Notes under the pieces: model-generated
The model's input: the letters and a program-made list of their open reading frames with translations, nothing else
The model's database searches: none
Told to the model about the DNA's origin: nothing
Source: Eledone cirrhosa
Taxonomy: Eukaryota
NCBI GenBank assembly: GCA_964016885.1
Contig: OZ024740.1
Span: forward strand, 38,812,001-38,876,000
Direction: 5' to 3'
Length of the DNA stretch: 64,000 bases
Translations under genes and position numbers: made by a program
Shown here: positions 59,091 to 64,000 of the stretch, one piece after another
How positions within the stretch are numbered: position 1 is the first letter of the stretch
Layout of the letters: every line of letters starts with the position of its first letter

Positions 59091-59413
59091 AAATTACCCA
59101 AGACACCTCCAACGAGATATACCTTGGAGGAGGCCAACTAAACCTGCATAGGTGTGAGCTGTCACACACACATATGAAATTAATAATACAATCTATTTTT
59201 AGAATCATTGAGCGATAGAATTTGAAAGAAACATCAACTATTTGACTATGAAAAATAGTCTCACATGTTGGACATATAACCCTAGAGATGGGCAGTGGTG
59301 TACAAATTTTTCTCATCTTCAGGGTTTATATACCTAACTTATAAGACTATTTTTTATAGTCAAACATAGATGCTTCTTTCAAATTCAACACCGGGTACTT
59401 CTGCTAGTATATA

Positions 59414-59468
<55 letters not shown>

Positions 59469-59477
59469 TTTATATAT

Positions 59478-59862
59478 GCACTTCTCAAAGGCGATGACAC
59501 ATGACCGTGACCTCTGGTGTCACGCAGTAATACAGAAGACCCAACCCCTCACGGGTACAAGCCGAAGCTGAAGCATATAGACAATATGCACCCACCCCCT
59601 CCTACTGCAAAGTGGTCGTGGAGGCGCCACGGCAAAAAGCACTAAGCCCACACTGTAAAGTGGACGTGTAGGTGCCACAGAAAAAAGGCACCCACCACTC
59701 ACTGTAAATGAGGTTGGTGTTAGGAAGGGCATCCAGCTGTAGAAATCAAGCCAGAATTAGTTCCCCTATGAGCAAGACAAGATTAGCCGACTGGACACTG
59801 CCCACAACCGGACAACCCGTGGAAAAACGGACGTAAAACGGTGATGATGATGATGATGATGA
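59478..59862 (+). mobile_element. RTE LINE 3' end fragment
   Basis: Reverse-complement match to 24313-24700; (GAT)n tail. Confidence 0.88.
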
Positions 59863-59884
59863 TATTTTGTGTATACTTAATCAT

Positions 59885-60066
59885 TTAACCATTTAGTATT
59901 TACATTATATATACTATTATATTTTCACAGTGACTATCGCGTATAATATTGAATTTATAAGATTTTGATATTTATTTTGAGAACAATACCTTAACATCAG
60001 TATGAGCAGCTGGTTTGAACAGAAAGAAGTGGAGAATTCTGACCAGTTTAAATGCTAAAGGGTTAA
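59885..60066 (+). mobile_element. Diverged piggyBac-like MITE copy
   Basis: TTAACCATTTAGTATTTAC...TAAATGCTAAAGGGTTAA. Confidence 0.8.
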
Positions 60067-60692
60067 TGTCTAATTAATAAAGTATAAATATTTTTGTGCA
60101 TATGTGTATGAGTATACAGGCATGCATTGAGCATTTATGCATACCTGTGCATATATAAAATAACCATATGTAACTTTATACACATATATAAGAATTAACT
60201 TTATTCCTAAGGTCTAAGCAATGAATGCCATTTTGTATTGACAGATAAGATTTGAATTAAAACTCAACAGTTAACAGATAGCTGGAACAAAATTAACTAC
60301 AGGCAGGACAGATATTTTACATATTTCGTGAGGGCAGACACAACTAATTATGCTGTGGTATTTAATATAATTAATTTAAATACAGAAGATGCATATAATT
60401 AATGTTAGAATTAGAATTAAAGTAACTTCTAGATCTAGTACTACTGTGTGATAGTGTTGTCATTGTTTAACCCTAGTTCAAGCTAGATCAAGCAAACATT
60501 GGATGAAAGTATTCCAGGTTTGACCATCCTGTTTGTTCACTTTGCATATTAGGATTTACAATGTCCAATGTGTCTCTGCTTTTTTACAATAGTAGGTAGT
60601 GATTTGAGGAGGTTTAGCTGATATTTCTAGCCAATCAGACAACTATGAAACAGCTCGTTTGTTGATTCATCTATACGGAGTAGTCCTCTCAA

Positions 60693-61058
60693 TACATGCA
60701 TACATACATACATACATACATACATACATGGCTGCAAGCATGCATGCATTCATACATACATGGAGGAACTCCGTCGGTTACGACGATGAGTGTTCCAGTT
60801 GATCCGATCAACGGAACAGCCTGCTTCTGAAATTAACATGCAAGTGGCTGAGCATTCCACAGACACACTTACCCTTTACGTAGTTCTCAGTGTGACACAG
60901 TGTGTGACAAGACTAGTCTTTTGAACGACAGGTCAACTTATTACTTTATACGGGACAAATAAAGTGTCTTGCTCAAGGACACAACGCACTGCTGGGAATT
61001 GAACTCACTATCTTACGATTGTGAACTGAATACCCTAACCACAAAGCTACATGCCTTC
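60693..61058 (-). mobile_element. tRNA-CORE SINE, third tail type, with (TATG)n tail
   Basis: Head and CORE on the - strand at 60958-61058; distinct tail containing the hairpin GTTCCAGTTGATC-C-GATCAACGGAAC; (CATA)n at 60693-60760. Confidence 0.8.
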
Positions 61059-61361
61059 ACACATACATGCATGGCAAAGTCATTAGACTTTGCATTCCAG
61101 CTCTCTGCATTCCGAGTTCAAATCCTACTACAGTCAACTTTGCCTTTCATCCTGTCAAGGTTGATTAAAAAGTACCAGTCAAATACTGAGGTTGATTCTT
61201 CTTCGATATTTGTTTCTCTCCTCCTCTCCTTCTCTGGAAGAAATCAGCTGTGTTTAGACCTGGAAAGGAGATGGGCTCAGCCAGGTTTTAAATTTCCAAG
61301 ACACGCCATATAACTCCACCAGACACGCCTTATAACTCCACCAGAAGTTACATACACACAC

Positions 61362-61399
<38 letters not shown>

Positions 61400-61679
61400 T
61401 GAAATGTATTCTGATTTTGTGGAGAATATATATATATATTGATCGTTATCAAGTATTTTGTTTTAAACTTTTTATTAAATTTAATAAGATACTCAACGAA
61501 TTATGTAATCTTACTCTCAGTGTAGATTGTCTCTAGTCTTAAGCTTTGATATATCTTAAAGCACACTTATGTGTGTATGAACGAATATATTTCATTCTCT
61601 GAATTCTATCTTGAGCTATTTTTAGAGACATGATATATGTTTGATTTCGTATCATTTATGACATCCTTTACTTTGAAAG

Positions 61680-61724
<45 letters not shown>

Positions 61725-62480
61725 TCTAAGTATGTATTATATGATAATGAGAGTAGCATATATAGTAGTAGGAAGCAGGTTCCGCTAAACTCTGCCTAAA
61801 GAGAAGTTTAAACAATTATGAAACTATCCTATATCTACAAATTAGCCGACCTACTTGTAAGTTGATGAACATTTGCTGAGTAACTTTAGCTGTTATTTCT
61901 CAGTAGAATGAGAAGTAAAGCTGAAGTTGATAAAGTAAATCAACCAGAAATTAGTTTTTGTCACCATTGTTGTTTGGCTGAGAAGTTGGAATTTATCCCC
62001 ATGATTTATTTCTCATTGTGTTCTTTTGTTTGTTTGAAACAGCAAAAACAAAAAATTTATCACAGTATACAATTCCAATGAAGAACAAACGAAATAGTAA
62101 GGAGGAAAGAAAGAAAGAAAGTATCACGTATGATGTAACAGAAATATTCTCAACTTCCCTATCACTAAAATCTTCAGTCTATCTATATCCAAGGTTAGGT
62201 GTAGAAATAAGGAGAATATTACACGAGCCATCACCGGAAATATTTGAATAACATCTTTAAAAAAAGCTACAAATAGACTACATGTAAACACCAAAATAAC
62301 TGAACCAACAAAGGAGCCTCTGCATAATTGTGCAACCTGCTAGAATCAGCAGTTAAATTTCTCTGAAATCACTACTTACCGTTTTTTTTTGTTTTTTTTT
62401 TTAAAGAGAAAGAAATGTTCTACACATACTAGGTCTGATAAAATAAAGAACCGGATGGTCATGGCTGGAAAGTCTTTCAT

Positions 62481-62510
<30 letters not shown>

Positions 62511-62511
<1 letters not shown>

Positions 62512-62634
62512 TAATTTAACAATGAAAAAATAATAAAGTCAAGTTATTTTACCTATTCATATCGTTGAGTTCTATCTACGGTACGGACACTACCACAAGG
62601 GTAAACCGCATTGGAAAAGAAATGTATATATATA
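62511..62634 (+). mobile_element. TA-flanked fragment homologous to the family B PLE terminal extension
   Basis: TTGAGTTCT-atc-TACGG-tac-GGACACTACC-acaagg-GTAAAC resembles TTGAGTTCT-tca-TACGG-att-GGACACTACC-GTAAAC at 7612-7647. Confidence 0.6.
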
Positions 62635-63954
62635 ATGGATGAAGTCTATCAGGGTGACTGCAACTACATTCTCAGACAAAGAGAAACACAAACCTGGAGA
62701 ATTTCAATGAACAAAAAATTAACTGATATTCTTATAGTGGACAGTGGTCAACTTTGGAATGACAGGTGAACAGAGATGAAGGATATAATCGAGATAGTAA
62801 ACACTTACGTTATGGAAGACTGCCATCTTATCAAATATGCTTTTATTATGAAATATTTTTATCCTTTCAATACAACCGTATATACAGGGTGTGGTGAATA
62901 TCATTGAAGGAACGTCATATACCAACAACTTTAGCAATCAACGACGTTTTTAAAGCAAGTTATATTGTGTCATCGGCGCTCTAACAATGTGACAAAGTAA
63001 AATGACACAGATGAAACCTGAAAGTATTTCCAATCTGGAATATATTTCAACAATCGATAGAATAAACGTATTCGTTGGTGTTCTTTTTAAAATTCAACTC
63101 TACATTTTCACAATGAAAGTATTTACAATCCAGATTATATTTTTGATATCCTTTCATAAATAATGTTCAGTAAGAGAGTGTTGTTACGTGTGTCTATCTT
63201 TCATATTGTGTATGTGTCTACATATTATTTCTGTTTGTGTGTGAGTATATGTCTATCGCAGTATGTTTTTAATGTATTTGTGCACGTTCGCGAAAAGATG
63301 TGTGTGTTTGTATGTGAAGTATTTTGTCTGATATTTTTTCTCTTTGTCTGTAAGTTTTTTAAAACACATACATGCTCGTTTCTTTGTATCGTCTCTTCCG
63401 TTAATAGCTGTAAATTACCTTTATTGATTTATATAAGAAACAAATATCCGTTCGTTTTGAAGTTTCCAGTTGAAGCAATGTCTGTGAGATGTTTTAGGAA
63501 AATAAGCTTGTTCAGACTATATTAGTCAAAATTGTTTTTTTTTTTTTTTCGGTAGAATGAACTGTTTTCGCTAAATTTCAGTAACCCCCAAACAGAAATA
63601 TTCAGTTTCAGAGTTATATACACACACCTGTGTGTTTGTGTATGACTGTATATATGCATATGTTATATATATATATGATGGACTCTCCCGTCGATATCCG
63701 ACGTATGAGTGTCCAACAAAAGCTGATATGAGAAAGTGAACTGATGTTGAACTACCCACACAAAGTTTTCTTTTAAATGGTGAAGGCTTGTGTAGGACCA
63801 GCCACACATATCTTCGGTGAAAATGTTTGCCAGCGAAAATGACGACAGCTCAGCTTTTTATGCCTCGGAGTTTAACCTCTCCGTATATAAAAAAAAAATA
63901 ATATTTGGATGGCCGTTGACTGCTGAGTTCCTCCGCCCTTTGCCGGGTCTTGTA

Positions 63955-64000
<46 letters not shown>

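Noticed and set aside
62883-63050. TA-CAGGGTG start resembling a Tc1/mariner TIR
   Set aside because: No matching opposite TIR or transposase remnant was seen in the window.
63676-63955. Slightly CpG-richer TA-flanked island with a 9-bp inverted repeat (AAAAGCTGA/TCAGCTTTT)
   Set aside because: Could not fit a ribozyme core, ORF or known repeat; insufficient support.

Overview
AT-rich, repeat-saturated animal DNA with no recognisable host protein-coding exon. The SINE/LINE/microsatellite mix suggests a coleoid cephalopod (octopus-like) genome; this is inference only. The first 19 kb is a field of very long (TA)n/TAAA arrays holding two 5'-truncated Penelope-like retroelements (RT with a YRDD motif, CxCx5C linker, C-terminal GIY-YIG endonuclease), each bracketed by inverted terminal repeats. 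These repeats fold into type I hammerhead ribozymes with a palindromic minimal stem III. One family has an unusually long, about 116-nt stem II. Small non-coding TA-embedded relatives occur elsewhere: a perfect 420-bp palindrome at 7113-7532, a 120-bp fold-back at 50204-50323, a decayed ribozyme near 30062 and a terminal fragment near 62510. Several share a TYGAGTNCT motif about 45-60 nt from the terminal TA run. The rest holds a near full-length but inactivated RTE LINE with a PHD finger inside its RT, preceded by seven 493-bp tandem units; truncated RTE copies; a decayed Expander/Rex3-like LINE; a Vingi/Ingi-like fragment; two internally deleted Helitrons; piggyBac-like TTAA MITEs; CORE- and Meta-type tRNA SINEs; and many minisatellites. 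Most ORFs in the supplied track are artefacts of simple repeats.
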